Shown here: in pieces, positions 9,610-19,300 of the stretch
How positions within the stretch are numbered: position 1 is the first letter of the stretch
How the letters are laid out: each line of letters starts with the position of its first letter
NCBI GenBank assembly: GCA_038321985.1
Contig: JBBQFN010000052.1
Span: 1-25,805, forward strand
Direction of reading: 5' to 3'
From: Cyanophyceae cyanobacterium
Lineage (GTDB): Bacteria > Cyanobacteriota > Cyanobacteriia > Cyanobacteriales > Laspinemataceae
DNA length: 25,805 bases
Position numbers and translations under genes: made by a program
Notes under the pieces: model-generated
Seen by the model: only the letters and a program-made list of their open reading frames with translations
What the model was told of the DNA's origin: nothing
Databases searched by the model: none

Positions 9610-10596
9610 TTAGTCTTCTAATTTATAACCTAATTCAGCTAACTGGATACGAGATTGTCTCCAATTCGGTTGGACTTTGACAAAGATTTCCAAATAAACT
9701 TTACCCTCAATGAGCTTTTGCATTTGTTCTCGGGCAGCAGATCCAATTGCTTTTAACATTTGACCGCCTTTGCCGATAATAATTCCTTTTTGAGAGGGAC
9801 GTTCTACATAAATAGTGGCTAAAATTCGAGTTAAATCCTTAGTTTCTTCCATGAGATCTAGGCTAATTGCCACGGAATGAGGCACTTCTTCTCGGGTTAA
9901 ATATAGAATTTGCTCCCGAATCAGTTCCCCGATGATAAAGCGTTCAGGTCGATCAGTGACTAAATCCGGCGGATAATAATAAGGTCCAGGTTCCAGGCGA
10001 TCGCGCAGTAAACTTAATAAATTATCGAGTCCATCCCCAGCAGTCGCCGAGAATTTTGCAATCGGCCAATTTTGGTTTTCAGCCAATTCCTGATAGCTGC
10101 GATCGATGACTTCAACATCCCTCGATCGCGATGAGTTAGAGCGCAAGTCTATTTTATTCAATCCTAGGATAACGGGTGTTTTTGTTTGTGTAAGAATTTC
10201 CGTAATAAAGCGATCGCCACCCCCTGCTTCCACCGAACCATCCACCATCAATACCAGGATATCTACCGAAGAAATGGCCCCGATCGCATTTTTTACCAAT
10301 ACCTTCCCCAACTGATGGTGGGGTTTGTGAATCCCGGGAGTATCCACAAAAATAAATTGAGCCTCTGGGGTCGTCAGAATCCCCCGTAAGCGGTTTCGGG
10401 TAGTCTGCGCCACCGGCGAAGTAATCGCAATTTTTTGTCCCACCAGTTGATTCATCAGGGTAGACTTGCCCACATTGGGCCGTCCGATAATGCCGATAAA
10501 CCCGGATTTAAACCCGGCAGGGGGTTCGGGAATGAGAGAAAAATCTGAGGGAGTCAGGGTCGTACCTCCTAAAAAATAAAATGGGTTTCTTTCCAT
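9610..10596 (-). CDS. era: GTPase Era
   Basis: G1 GRPNVGKS, QTTR, G3 DTPG, G4 NKID. C-terminal KH domain (REEVPHS, IIGKGG). Confidence 0.97.
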   Translation of the reverse strand: MERNPFYFLGGTTLTPSDFSLIPEPPAGFKSGFIGIIGRPNVGKSTLMNQLVGQKIAITSPVAQTTRNRLRGILTTPEAQFIFVDTPGIHKPHHQLGKVLVKNAIGAISSVDILVLMVDGSVEAGGGDRFITEILTQTKTPVILGLNKIDLRSNSSRSRDVEVIDRSYQELAENQNWPIAKFSATAGDGLDNLLSLLRDRLEPGPYYYPPDLVTDRPERFIIGELIREQILYLTREEVPHSVAISLDLMEETKDLTRILATIYVERPSQKGIIIGKGGQMLKAIGSAAREQMQKLIEGKVYLEIFVKVQPNWRQSRIQLAELGYKLED

Positions 10597-10770
10597 TTTA
10601 ATTGATTTAGAGAAAAGCTCGCCTATTTTTTATAATTTATTTATAACTTAACATAAAGTTTCCCGGTTTAGCCCTGAGTAAAGTTCTGGCGATCGCCCTA
10701 TCTGGGTTGATGACTTTTTGCAACCGACTGTTAAGAATTTGCAATAATTGCCCACAATCCAAAACGGAGA

Positions 10771-10779
10771 TGCTAAAAT
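10771..10779 (+). promoter_or_regulatory. Candidate extended -10 element (TGcTAAAAT)
   Basis: TGn-TANNNT match 44 nt upstream of the 10823 ATG in a divergent intergenic region. Motif match only. Confidence 0.35.
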
Positions 10780-10822
10780 CCCGCCATGAAACCTAAAGCC
10801 CTATCTAAACAAAGAAAGTATC

Positions 10823-11500
10823 ATGAATAACTTTTCCGTCCTGGTTAAACTACTTCAAGATCGCGAATCCTTTCTGGAAGAAATCCACAAAGGAGTTAAA
10901 CTCAACAGCAAAATCGTCTCCCTGCTGATATCTAGTGCCATCTTCTTTGGAATTTATGGGGCAATTATTGGGGCCTCCCATAGCTGGATGCAAGTCATTT
11001 CTTCCTTTTTTAAATTACCAGCGCTTTACCTGCTAACTCTGCTAATTTGTTTTCCTACTTTATATATTTTTAGCATCATTTTTGGTTCCAAACGTAATTT
11101 CACCCAGTATTTAACCTTGCTGATGACTGCGGAAGCCATTATGAGCGCCATCCTGTTTGGATTTGCCCCAATTACTCTATTTTTTCTGATTAGTACCCAA
11201 AGTTATGAGTTTTTTCTGTTGCTCAACGTAGCTATTTTAGGGTTAGCCGGATTTCTAGGGATCAAATTCTTTTATGAAGGGATGCAGCTGCTAGCGGAAC
11301 CAGAAATAGCCGGACAAGATACCCGCACGAAACTGCTACAATTTTGGTTATTACTTTATGCTTTTGTGGGAACCCAAATGGCTTGGACCCTCAGACCTTT
11401 TTTTGGATCTAGCGGACAATTTCAACTCTTTAGAGATTTAGAGGGGAACTTTTACGTCAACGTCTTACAAGTAATAGGCAAATTATTGGGGTTGAACTAA
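10823..11500 (+). CDS. Conserved ~5-TM membrane protein (Yip1-like topology), function unknown
   Basis: 225-aa ORF with five hydrophobic segments and a YAFVGTQMAWTLRPFFG motif. I recall this cyanobacterial family often being auto-annotated as 'actin-binding WH2', which the sequence does not support. Confidence 0.75.
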   Translation: MNNFSVLVKLLQDRESFLEEIHKGVKLNSKIVSLLISSAIFFGIYGAIIGASHSWMQVISSFFKLPALYLLTLLICFPTLYIFSIIFGSKRNFTQYLTLLMTAEAIMSAILFGFAPITLFFLISTQSYEFFLLLNVAILGLAGFLGIKFFYEGMQLLAEPEIAGQDTRTKLLQFWLLLYAFVGTQMAWTLRPFFGSSGQFQLFRDLEGNFYVNVLQVIGKLLGLN

Positions 11501-11567
11501 AAAAACGGGCGATCGCCCTTGACACCACTTGACCCCATCAGGAGAGAATAAGAGGATTAAAACACTT

Positions 11568-12278
11568 ATGCGCCCGGATTTAGAAAGTTCTATCGTCACC
11601 GAAAGCGAACTAGAGGCGATCGCAGGGGTAGAGGTTAGTGATATTGGGTTAAGTTTAGCCTACCGCCCTTCTTTCCTCCAAGATGTAAACAAACTGATAT
11701 CCTTTGCGATCACTCAGTTGTTTATAGTGGGTGTCATTTTCATTTTATTAACCCCCCTGGGTATCCTCTTCGTCCGCAATTCGGGATTCTCCAGCGAAGA
11801 GATGACTACTACGGTTTATTTTCTCATATTCACCGGAGGAATAGCCACAGTCGCCACTTTGATGCTCAACTTATATTTATGGCAGCGATCGCAAAAATTT
11901 CAAACCTTTTGGAATCTCCTCGATCAGATTCAAAAATATAACGAAGTCGTGCGATCATTAGACATTTTAGATAAAATAGAAGCAGCCGGGGCCGAAATTC
12001 ACCTCAGCGATCGCCAGGAAGTCCTCGAAGCCCTTAGCATCACCCGAGAAAGTTTACTCGGCAGCTTGCGAACTGAACGAATCCTCAGAGAAAATCAAGA
12101 CCTCATTGATCGCCGTTATGAATTATTTGCTAAAATAGAGAATAACCTAGCCACCTTAAACCATTTACAAATCAGCGATGAAGCTACCGAATATGGGCGA
12201 TTACTCAATCAAGCCCTCAAAATCGGTGTCAGTGTTGATCGCGAAATTCGTCGCCTCCAAAATCGCCCTTTTAATTAA
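11568..12278 (+). CDS. Hypothetical 2-TM protein with C-terminal coiled coil
   Basis: Long ORF with two hydrophobic helices followed by heptad-rich sequence. ATG at 11568 preferred over TTG at 11529. Confidence 0.75.
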   Translation: MRPDLESSIVTESELEAIAGVEVSDIGLSLAYRPSFLQDVNKLISFAITQLFIVGVIFILLTPLGILFVRNSGFSSEEMTTTVYFLIFTGGIATVATLMLNLYLWQRSQKFQTFWNLLDQIQKYNEVVRSLDILDKIEAAGAEIHLSDRQEVLEALSITRESLLGSLRTERILRENQDLIDRRYELFAKIENNLATLNHLQISDEATEYGRLLNQALKIGVSVDREIRRLQNRPFN

Positions 12279-12344
12279 TACCTATAAAACCCTCATTTTC
12301 CCAAAATTTAATCATTTTGGAATCAAAGTAGCTATTTCCATAAA

Positions 12345-12373
12345 GTAGGGGCAATCCACGAACTGCCCCTCTA
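12345..12373. repeat. GTAG-type REP palindrome
   Basis: GTAGGGGCAAT-CCACG-AACTGCCCCT: GTAG head plus imperfect hairpin, located between convergent genes. Confidence 0.7.
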
Positions 12374-12401
12374 TCCAATTGAACCCCTTCAATCCATCCG
12401 G

Positions 12402-13163
12402 TTATAGGGATTCTAAATCAATTCCCTTCGCCCGGAGTCGTTCTTTCAGCGCCTCTAATTCCGAGATTGCTTCTTCAGCGCGTTGGCGTTCTTCTTCAGC
12501 GCGTTGTCCTTGGATTTGAGCCATCTCCTCTGGTAACAAAATTAAATTACCATCCCCATCAAAAAACCGCAACCAAGTCGCCTTTTCCTGTTGCAAAGTT
12601 CCCTCCCAAGTTCCTAACCAGAACCCTAGAGACTCGCACCACAACCAACCGCGATCGCCCTTCGTTACCTCTTCATACGCATTCCCGCTTAACTTCCATC
12701 CCCGTAAGGACTCCGGCGCAAATGGGTCATATACAAAATACTCGGGGAGTCTAAATACCCGTTCGTAAACATCCTTTTTAGGTCCCAGATCCTCTCGGGC
12801 AGTCGAAGGCGACATCAACTCTACAATCACATCCGGATAGCGTCCCCCTTCGTCCCAGACTACCCAACCTTGTCGTTCCTTCGTCCCATCAACATTCAAA
12901 GAAACAAAGAAATCGGGTCCTTTAAAATCACGATTTCGGGCTTGTTCGCTACTAAAATATACGAACATATTGCCGCCGGTAAAATAGTCTTGCCGTCCAG
13001 CAAAAGCTTGATGAACTGCGGCAATTAGCACATTCATGGCGATGCGGTGACGATTACTTTCCAAGGGTTCTCCATCATCAAAAATTAAATCGGTTGGAGG
13101 CATCGTGGGAGTCCATTCATCCTCCATGTGAGCTTGCCGTTCTTGGGTGAGTTCAGCCGACAT
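12402..13163 (-). CDS. Uma2 (DUF820) family PD-(D/E)XK endonuclease-like protein
   Basis: DGEPLESNRH, GPDFFV, PDVIVELMSPST..DLGPKK, EYFVYDP motifs and a QRAEEERQRAEE coiled-coil tail. ATG at 13163 chosen. Confidence 0.92.
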   Translation of the reverse strand: MSAELTQERQAHMEDEWTPTMPPTDLIFDDGEPLESNRHRIAMNVLIAAVHQAFAGRQDYFTGGNMFVYFSSEQARNRDFKGPDFFVSLNVDGTKERQGWVVWDEGGRYPDVIVELMSPSTAREDLGPKKDVYERVFRLPEYFVYDPFAPESLRGWKLSGNAYEEVTKGDRGWLWCESLGFWLGTWEGTLQQEKATWLRFFDGDGNLILLPEEMAQIQGQRAEEERQRAEEAISELEALKERLRAKGIDLESL

Positions 13164-13217
13164 AAAATTCCCCACCAATTACTCAATAATTATAGGTTTC
13201 AGTACCACAGGAATACC

Positions 13218-13243
13218 GTAAGGGCAAGGCACGGCCTTGCCCT
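13218..13243. repeat. REP-like palindrome (GTAA head variant)
   Basis: GTA followed by AGGGCAAGGC-ACG-GCCTTGCCCT, a perfect 10-bp stem at 13221-13243. Confidence 0.65.
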
Positions 13244-13268
13244 CTTCCTCTGACCCACTGATGTATCT

Positions 13269-13277
13269 ATTCTAACA
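13269..13277 (-). promoter_or_regulatory. Candidate extended -10 element for the Uma2 gene (TGtTAGAAT)
   Basis: Minus-strand TGn-TAGAAT about 105 nt upstream of the ATG. Motif match only. Confidence 0.4.
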
Positions 13278-13354
13278 GCGATCACTCTATAAATAGGTCG
13301 CTGCATCGGAAACGTTCAATTTTCTAACGCCTCCTCAAATAAGCCCCTACCCCC

Positions 13355-13696
13355 TCACTTATTCCCTAAATCTGAAACCGAATGCTCAAGCTGATATTGC
13401 CATCTTAAAACCGCTTCTTTGAACTCCGGTAGCGAAATCGTTTCTATCGGTTCTGTTTCCAATAAAAGATTTTCTATTGTCACCGTTTGGGGAGAGAAAA
13501 TCACCAAGTAAGCATTCCCCGATCGCCTCCATTCACAAATCTCTCCAGTCTCCAGCGCTTCTATTTTGTCCAGTAACTCCTGCACCCATTGCGGGCTATT
13601 CTGAATATCCAGAGTTAGAAACTCTAACACCCGACGATGAGCGTTACTTTGGTCGAACCAATCCGATTCATCCCAGTCTTTTTCAGTCATAATCAT
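13355..13696 (-). CDS. Small acidic protein, putative EndoU immunity/inhibitor (YacL/UPF0231-like pattern)
   Basis: 113 aa with 22 D/E versus 9 K/R and no signal peptide. Its start overlaps the EndoU stop (TAATG). The pattern FLxxD..ELLxxI..W..GNAY..VxIEN..EF..W is reminiscent of YacL-like proteins (from memory). Confidence 0.6.
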   Translation of the reverse strand: MIMTEKDWDESDWFDQSNAHRRVLEFLTLDIQNSPQWVQELLDKIEALETGEICEWRRSGNAYLVIFSPQTVTIENLLLETEPIETISLPEFKEAVLRWQYQLEHSVSDLGNK

Positions 13697-14286
13697 TATC
13701 GCCTTAAGGGAAAACCTGTATTAATTCTACCATCTCGATTTGTTGCCCCAGCAACTGTGTAGGAACTGCCATTACTAGCCGTACAAAACCGAGCTTGCTG
13801 GGTGGTCTCTGTAGGACCATTTAAGCCGCACCAGGCCCAGTTTGGTGCGCCGGAAGGACATCGTACCGGATTCGATTCAGCATAAGCAATCGAATTGATC
13901 ACCTGTTCGTCGGTACAGCGATCGGGAAACATCGTGGAAAACTTTGTTCCTCCGCCAGCGGCATGAGTCCATTCTCCACCATAAATCCCTTGGCCGTTCA
14001 GAGATTGGGTTATTCTAAATTGTCTGACTGTAGAGGGATTTTGTCCTCTGGGTCGAGAATGAAATCCCACCACCTGACCGCTTCGATTAACTTCGCCGCA
14101 AAAGATGTGAGCATGATTAACCTGATGATTATTATAAGCGACAACCCAATGAGATGAACTTCCACAGTTTAGTCCCTGTGCTTGTGCTATAGCACTAAAC
14201 CAAACCCCCAGTAAACAGGCGACTGCTCCTATAACAATTTGGCGGAATTTTCTACCCTTCAAAAGTTGCCAACATCTACCCTTCAT
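13696..14286 (-). CDS. Secreted bacterial EndoU-family ribonuclease
   Basis: HIFCGE (H60), GFH (H76), KFSTMFP (K115) and terminal INTGFP match the bacterial EndoU layout. Signal peptide ends at AQA (34-36). AGGAGG at 14299-14304. Confidence 0.85.
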   Translation of the reverse strand: MKGRCWQLLKGRKFRQIVIGAVACLLGVWFSAIAQAQGLNCGSSSHWVVAYNNHQVNHAHIFCGEVNRSGQVVGFHSRPRGQNPSTVRQFRITQSLNGQGIYGGEWTHAAGGGTKFSTMFPDRCTDEQVINSIAYAESNPVRCPSGAPNWAWCGLNGPTETTQQARFCTASNGSSYTVAGATNRDGRINTGFPLRR

Positions 14287-14567
14287 TTGCGGTTTAAACC
14301 TCCTAATTGTACGGAAAACTTGAAATTGGCTTTGAAGGTATCATACATGACCCATCAAGGCAATCCGTAGGTTTGTTAGAAATGAACGTACCAAATTTAA
14401 ACGTAAAATGAAACTACAAAAATGAAATGATGTGAGAAAAAATCAAATTGCCAACCCAGAAGCAGGCGATCGCCCCCTTCTTGACCTGTTCACTGATTTG
14501 ATATCATGAACCTTCAATCATCATGCTATCCTCTGTATCTACACCGGCCTCGACTTCACCTATCACT

Positions 14568-15902
14568 ATGCTAAAAACTCCCCGTCTGACTGCTGCTGTA
14601 TTGATTACCCTATCCGCACTCATGGCGGCTTGCAATCCTTCGGAACCCCCGACAACTGAAGTTCCCTCGGCTGACGCATCGGTCACTGAAACTCAGACTC
14701 CGGAACCCCCACAGACCCCCGCGATCGCCTCTTTAGATAATCCTGACCCCACGGTTAGCGCCGCGATCGCCCAATATATCAACACCCTCTCCTCACAAGG
14801 ATTTGCCTCAGAAAACCAAGGCATTTGGATGCAAACCGGGGATAGCCTCCTCGCCCATCACCAAGGGACCATTCCCCTCCCAGCTGCCTCACTTACTAAA
14901 GTCGCCACCTCCCTCGTCGCCCTCCAAACCTTCGGTCCCGATGGCGAATTTGTTACCCAAATTGGCGCAACCGGACCGATCGAGAATGGCGAGTTACAGG
15001 GCGATTTAGTTATCCAAGGAGAGGGCGACCCCTTATTTGTCTGGGAAGAAGCGATCGCGATCGGCAATCGCTTAAACGAAATGGGAATCCAGCGCGTAAC
15101 TGGGGATCTGGTGATCACCGGCAAATTTTATATGAACTTCGAGACAGACGCGGCGATCGCAGGCAATCTCCTCCTAGAAGGGTTAAATAGCCAAATTTGG
15201 CCCTCCGAAGCAGAAACCCAGTATCAAAACTTACCCCCTGGCACCCCGAAACCCCAAGTGGCGATCGCCGGTATAGTCCGAGTCGCCCCTACACCCCCCA
15301 GCCCACTCCAGCCCCTAGTGAGCCATTATTCCCTCCCCGTTGCTGAACTGCTCAAGCGCATGAATCAGTACAGTAATAACCCAATGGCCGAAATGTTTGC
15401 CGAAGCTGTCGGGGGCCCTCAAGTCGTCGCCCAAAAAGCCGCCGCCGTCGCTGGAGTTCCCCCGTCAGAAATTCAACTGATCAACGGATCTGGATTGGGA
15501 GAAGAAAATATCATGTCTCCCCGCGCTGCCTGTGCCCTATTTCTCGCCCTAGAACGCTATTTGCAACCCTATAACATGACCATTGGGGATGCGATCGCCA
15601 TTGTTGGACAAGATGAAGGCATCCTCAACCAACGCCAAATTCCGCGCTTCTCCGTCGTCAAATCCGGCAGTCTCAACTATGTGAGCGCCTTAGCGGGTGC
15701 CTTACCCACCCAGACTCGGGGTTCCGTCTGGTTTGTGATTATGAATGGCGGCAGCAACCTAGAAGGATTCCGCATACAACAAGAAACCCTACTCAATCAG
15801 TTGGTCACCCAATGGGGACCTGTAACGGCACTCCCCCCAGAATTAACCCCGAATCCCCTGCGAAAAACCAAAACTTCCCGCAGTGAAATCGTCAAACAAT
15901 AG
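14568..15902 (+). CDS. dacB: D-Ala-D-Ala carboxypeptidase/endopeptidase, peptidase S13 (PBP4 type), probable lipoprotein
   Basis: SxxK (PAASLTK), GEGDP, SxN (YSNN), NGSGL, KSG. Starting at 14568 gives a signal peptide with lipobox LMAA-C followed by a Pro/Thr linker. Confidence 0.9.
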   Translation: MLKTPRLTAAVLITLSALMAACNPSEPPTTEVPSADASVTETQTPEPPQTPAIASLDNPDPTVSAAIAQYINTLSSQGFASENQGIWMQTGDSLLAHHQGTIPLPAASLTKVATSLVALQTFGPDGEFVTQIGATGPIENGELQGDLVIQGEGDPLFVWEEAIAIGNRLNEMGIQRVTGDLVITGKFYMNFETDAAIAGNLLLEGLNSQIWPSEAETQYQNLPPGTPKPQVAIAGIVRVAPTPPSPLQPLVSHYSLPVAELLKRMNQYSNNPMAEMFAEAVGGPQVVAQKAAAVAGVPPSEIQLINGSGLGEENIMSPRAACALFLALERYLQPYNMTIGDAIAIVGQDEGILNQRQIPRFSVVKSGSLNYVSALAGALPTQTRGSVWFVIMNGGSNLEGFRIQQETLLNQLVTQWGPVTALPPELTPNPLRKTKTSRSEIVKQ

Positions 15903-15929
15903 GATAACTCTCACTTATCTTAAGTAGAA

Positions 15930-15996
15930 CAAGAAACCAGGTTTTTAGCCAGAATCAATTGCCAATGAGCAACAATTTGGGCAAGAAACCCGGTTT
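15930..15996. repeat. Paired palindromic repeat CAAGAAACCnGGTTT
   Basis: Copies at 15930-15944 and 15982-15996 (14/15 identical), each containing AAACC-n-GGTTT. Confidence 0.75.
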
Positions 15997-16326
15997 ATCT
16001 TCACCCCTGCTTTACTCCTGCTCTTAGAAGCTGGGTTAAGTTGGATTATCCTAAGTTAGTAAAAATAACCCCCGATTTTCTCTCTTTAATCGCTTCAGGA
16101 TCCTGACTCAACCCTGATTCATCACCGCCAATTAAGGCCGGATCAAGTCTCCCTGATTTTCTCGGAAAACTCTGGAAGACTTGACCCTGCCTTAATTTAA
16201 GTTCAACCCAAGTAAATAAGGTATAATATAAAGAGGCTAACGAACTCCTCCTGCAAAGTATTTATACCCTCGGCTGCCTTATTTCTAGCGATAGCCCATC
16301 TCGAACTTTCAGAGGAAACTCTTCCC

Positions 16327-19300
16327 ATGACTTACCAGATCTCTCGGGTCGCCACTGCCTTCGTCATCCTGATGGGGGCCATCCAGTTGCTGGGTTGGCA
16401 TCTTAATCTGGAATGGTTAACAAACGGTTTTGCTGAAAATCCTTACCGGATGAAACCTAATACCGCTTTATGCTTTGTGTTCTCGGGTATTGCGCTAGGA
16501 TTAGTGCAACGACTGGGACGCCCTCGACAGTGGCAATCCGTGGCGCGAGGATTGGCCGGGGTAGTCATGGCGATCGCAGTTCTGACCTTACTCCAGTATA
16601 CTTTTGGCTGGAACTTCGGCATCGACGAACTATTGGTTCCGAATCTCAGGGCCTCCTCTACAACTCCCTATCCAGGGCGAATGGGGGAAAGCCTTGCCTT
16701 AAACTTTATTTTCATTGCTACATCCCTGTTCCTTTTGCGACAGCCGACCCATCTCCATGTCCAAATCGCTAAAATCTTAAGTTTGGTATTGGCCTTGCTC
16801 GCATTGGGGCCTCTGGTGGGTCACTTGTTTGGTTCTCAGGAGTTGTATCAGTTATTCGTCTCTACAACTAGCACAGCTTTCAATACCGCAGTCACATTTC
16901 TCCTCCTGTCTGTGGGGATCTTCACCCCTCCAAAACATGGACCGATGCGGACGATACTCAGTCCTCTGGTGGGGGGAAAAATGGCGCGTCGGCTCTTGCC
17001 TTGGGCGATCACCCTACCTTTGGCCCTGAGTTGGTTGATCTTTCAGGGCCAGAAACTGGGGTGGTATGACAAACCCACCGCCGATGCCTGTCTGATCATC
17101 AGTGAGATTTTTATCTTCTCCATAGGGATTTATATTCAGGCACAACTGCTCAATCGCATCGAAAGCAGTCACCTGGAATCACAGCGATGCTTTCAATATG
17201 CCATGATGAATTCCCCCGTCCCGATCATGCTGCACGCCGAAGATGGAGAAGTGCAGCAAATTAATAGCGCTTGGTCAAGAATTAGCGGTTATCAGCTTGC
17301 CGATATTCCTACCCTCAACGATTGGACTGAAAAAGCCGATCAGGAAAGAAACCAAATCCTCTCAGAACCCCCCCCAAAAACTTACGCCTTAGAACCCGGC
17401 AAGGTCCTAGACAAAGAGCAAACCATTCGTACCAAAACCGGCGAAAACCTCATCTGGTACTTCTATGCTGTGAGTTTAGGAAAAACTGGGGATGGCCGAA
17501 TAATTACAATGAGTACCGCTGTCGATATAACCAGGCGCAAGCAAGCCGAGCAAGCCCTTCTGGAGTTAAATCAAACCTTAGAAAATCGCATAGCCGACCG
17601 AACAATTGCACTTGAACAAGAATTGCATCAGCGGCAGCAAATCGATCGGAACCTCACCCACAGCCAAGTGCTTTTGAATAGCCTGATAGAATGCACCCCC
17701 GACATTATTGCAGCGATGGATACAGACTTTAACTGTCTAGTCGCAAATCAGGCGGCTAAAACCAAATTTAGCAAGCTGTCTGGCCGTCCCTTTGAAGTCG
17801 GGCAGAACCTCCTTGAAACTTTGTCACATTTACCCAGTGAACAGGGCCATGCTAAAGAAGTTTGGGGACGAGCATTTCGAGGCGAACACTTTAGCATTAC
17901 TCTCGAATTAGGAGAGCTAACCCAGGACCGTCACTATTATGAAATGAACTACAGTTCAATGCGAGACCCCAGCGGAGAAATCTTGGGTGCCTCTCTCATG
18001 GGTAGGGATGTAAATGATCGCATCAAAACGGATCAATCTTTGCGCGAAAGTGAAGTAAGATTTCAGGCATTTATGAACCACAGTCCGGCCCTGAACTGGA
18101 TTAACGATCACGAGGGCAAAATTGTTTACTGCAACCTGAACCTAGCTAATTTATTCCATCAGTCTGTAGATGAGTTAGTGGGTAAAACACCCTTCGACCT
18201 CCATCCAAGGGAGTTAGCCGAACAGCACGTTGCGAACAATCGGTTAGTGGCTGATGGCGGTGAAGTCCTAGAGACGATCGAATCAGCATTTCGTCCCGAC
18301 GGTTCTCTCAGTGAGTTTTTGGTTTATAAATTCCCCATAAAAATTGAAGGATCAGAGCAGTTAATTGGGGGAGTTGGACTTGACATCACCACCCAAATTC
18401 AAGTCCAAAAAGCCTTGCGTGAAAGTGAAGAGAAGTTAAAAGCCATTTTAGATAATGCTCCCGTTGGAATTTATGTAAAGAATTTGCAAGGCCAATTTTT
18501 ATTGGTAAATCAGTATATCCTTGATTTTTTACAGGTCTCAGAACAGCAGTGTCTGGGTCAAACCTTTGCAGAAGTTATGCCAGGAGAGTTTGCGGATCTA
18601 ATTGAAGCTAACGAACGAGAAATCATAGAAAGTGGAATCCCTTATTATTTTGAAGAAAATATCACCCTGCTCGATGGAATTCATACCTTTTATACGGTCA
18701 AGTTAATTCTTGAGGATTTGAGCGGTAAACCCTACGCTTTATGTGTGATTTCCACGGATATCAGCGATCGCAAGCAGGCTGAGATAGCCTTACTAGAAGC
18801 AAAAGAAGCGGCTGAAGCGGCCAACCAGACTAAAAGCGTCTTTCTCGCCAATATGAGCCATGAACTGCGAACCCCTTTGAATGCGATTCTTGGCTTTACC
18901 CAAATTTTAGCTCGCGATTCTTCTTTAAATCGACAACAACAAGAACAAGTTGCGATAATCAATCGTAGTGGAGAGCATCTCCTCAATCTGATTAACGATG
19001 TCCTGGAAATCTCCAAAATCGAAGCGGGGCGATCGGGCAGTCATCTGAGCAGTTTTGACTTCTATGCCCTGCTCACAGCCTTACAAGCGATGCTCCAAAT
19101 CAAAGCCACCTCTAAAGGGTTACAGATTATTTTTGACCGGGATAATGTCCCCGCGTATATCACCACCGATGAAAGCAAATTGCGCCAAGTTTTGATTAAT
19201 CTGGTGGGAAATGCCATCAAATTTACCCGAAAAGGTGGGATATCCCTGCGAGTGAGAGCGACTCCACTCAAAGAGGCAAATTTAGAGTCAGCCGCTCGGT

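Noticed and set aside
12402..13163. Uma2 gene as a novel defence system on its own
   Set aside because: Uma2 paralogs are very numerous in cyanobacteria, and no methylase or other defence partner is adjacent.
13202..13216. Possible NtcA box GTA..TAC
   Set aside because: The spacer is 9 nt, not the required 8.
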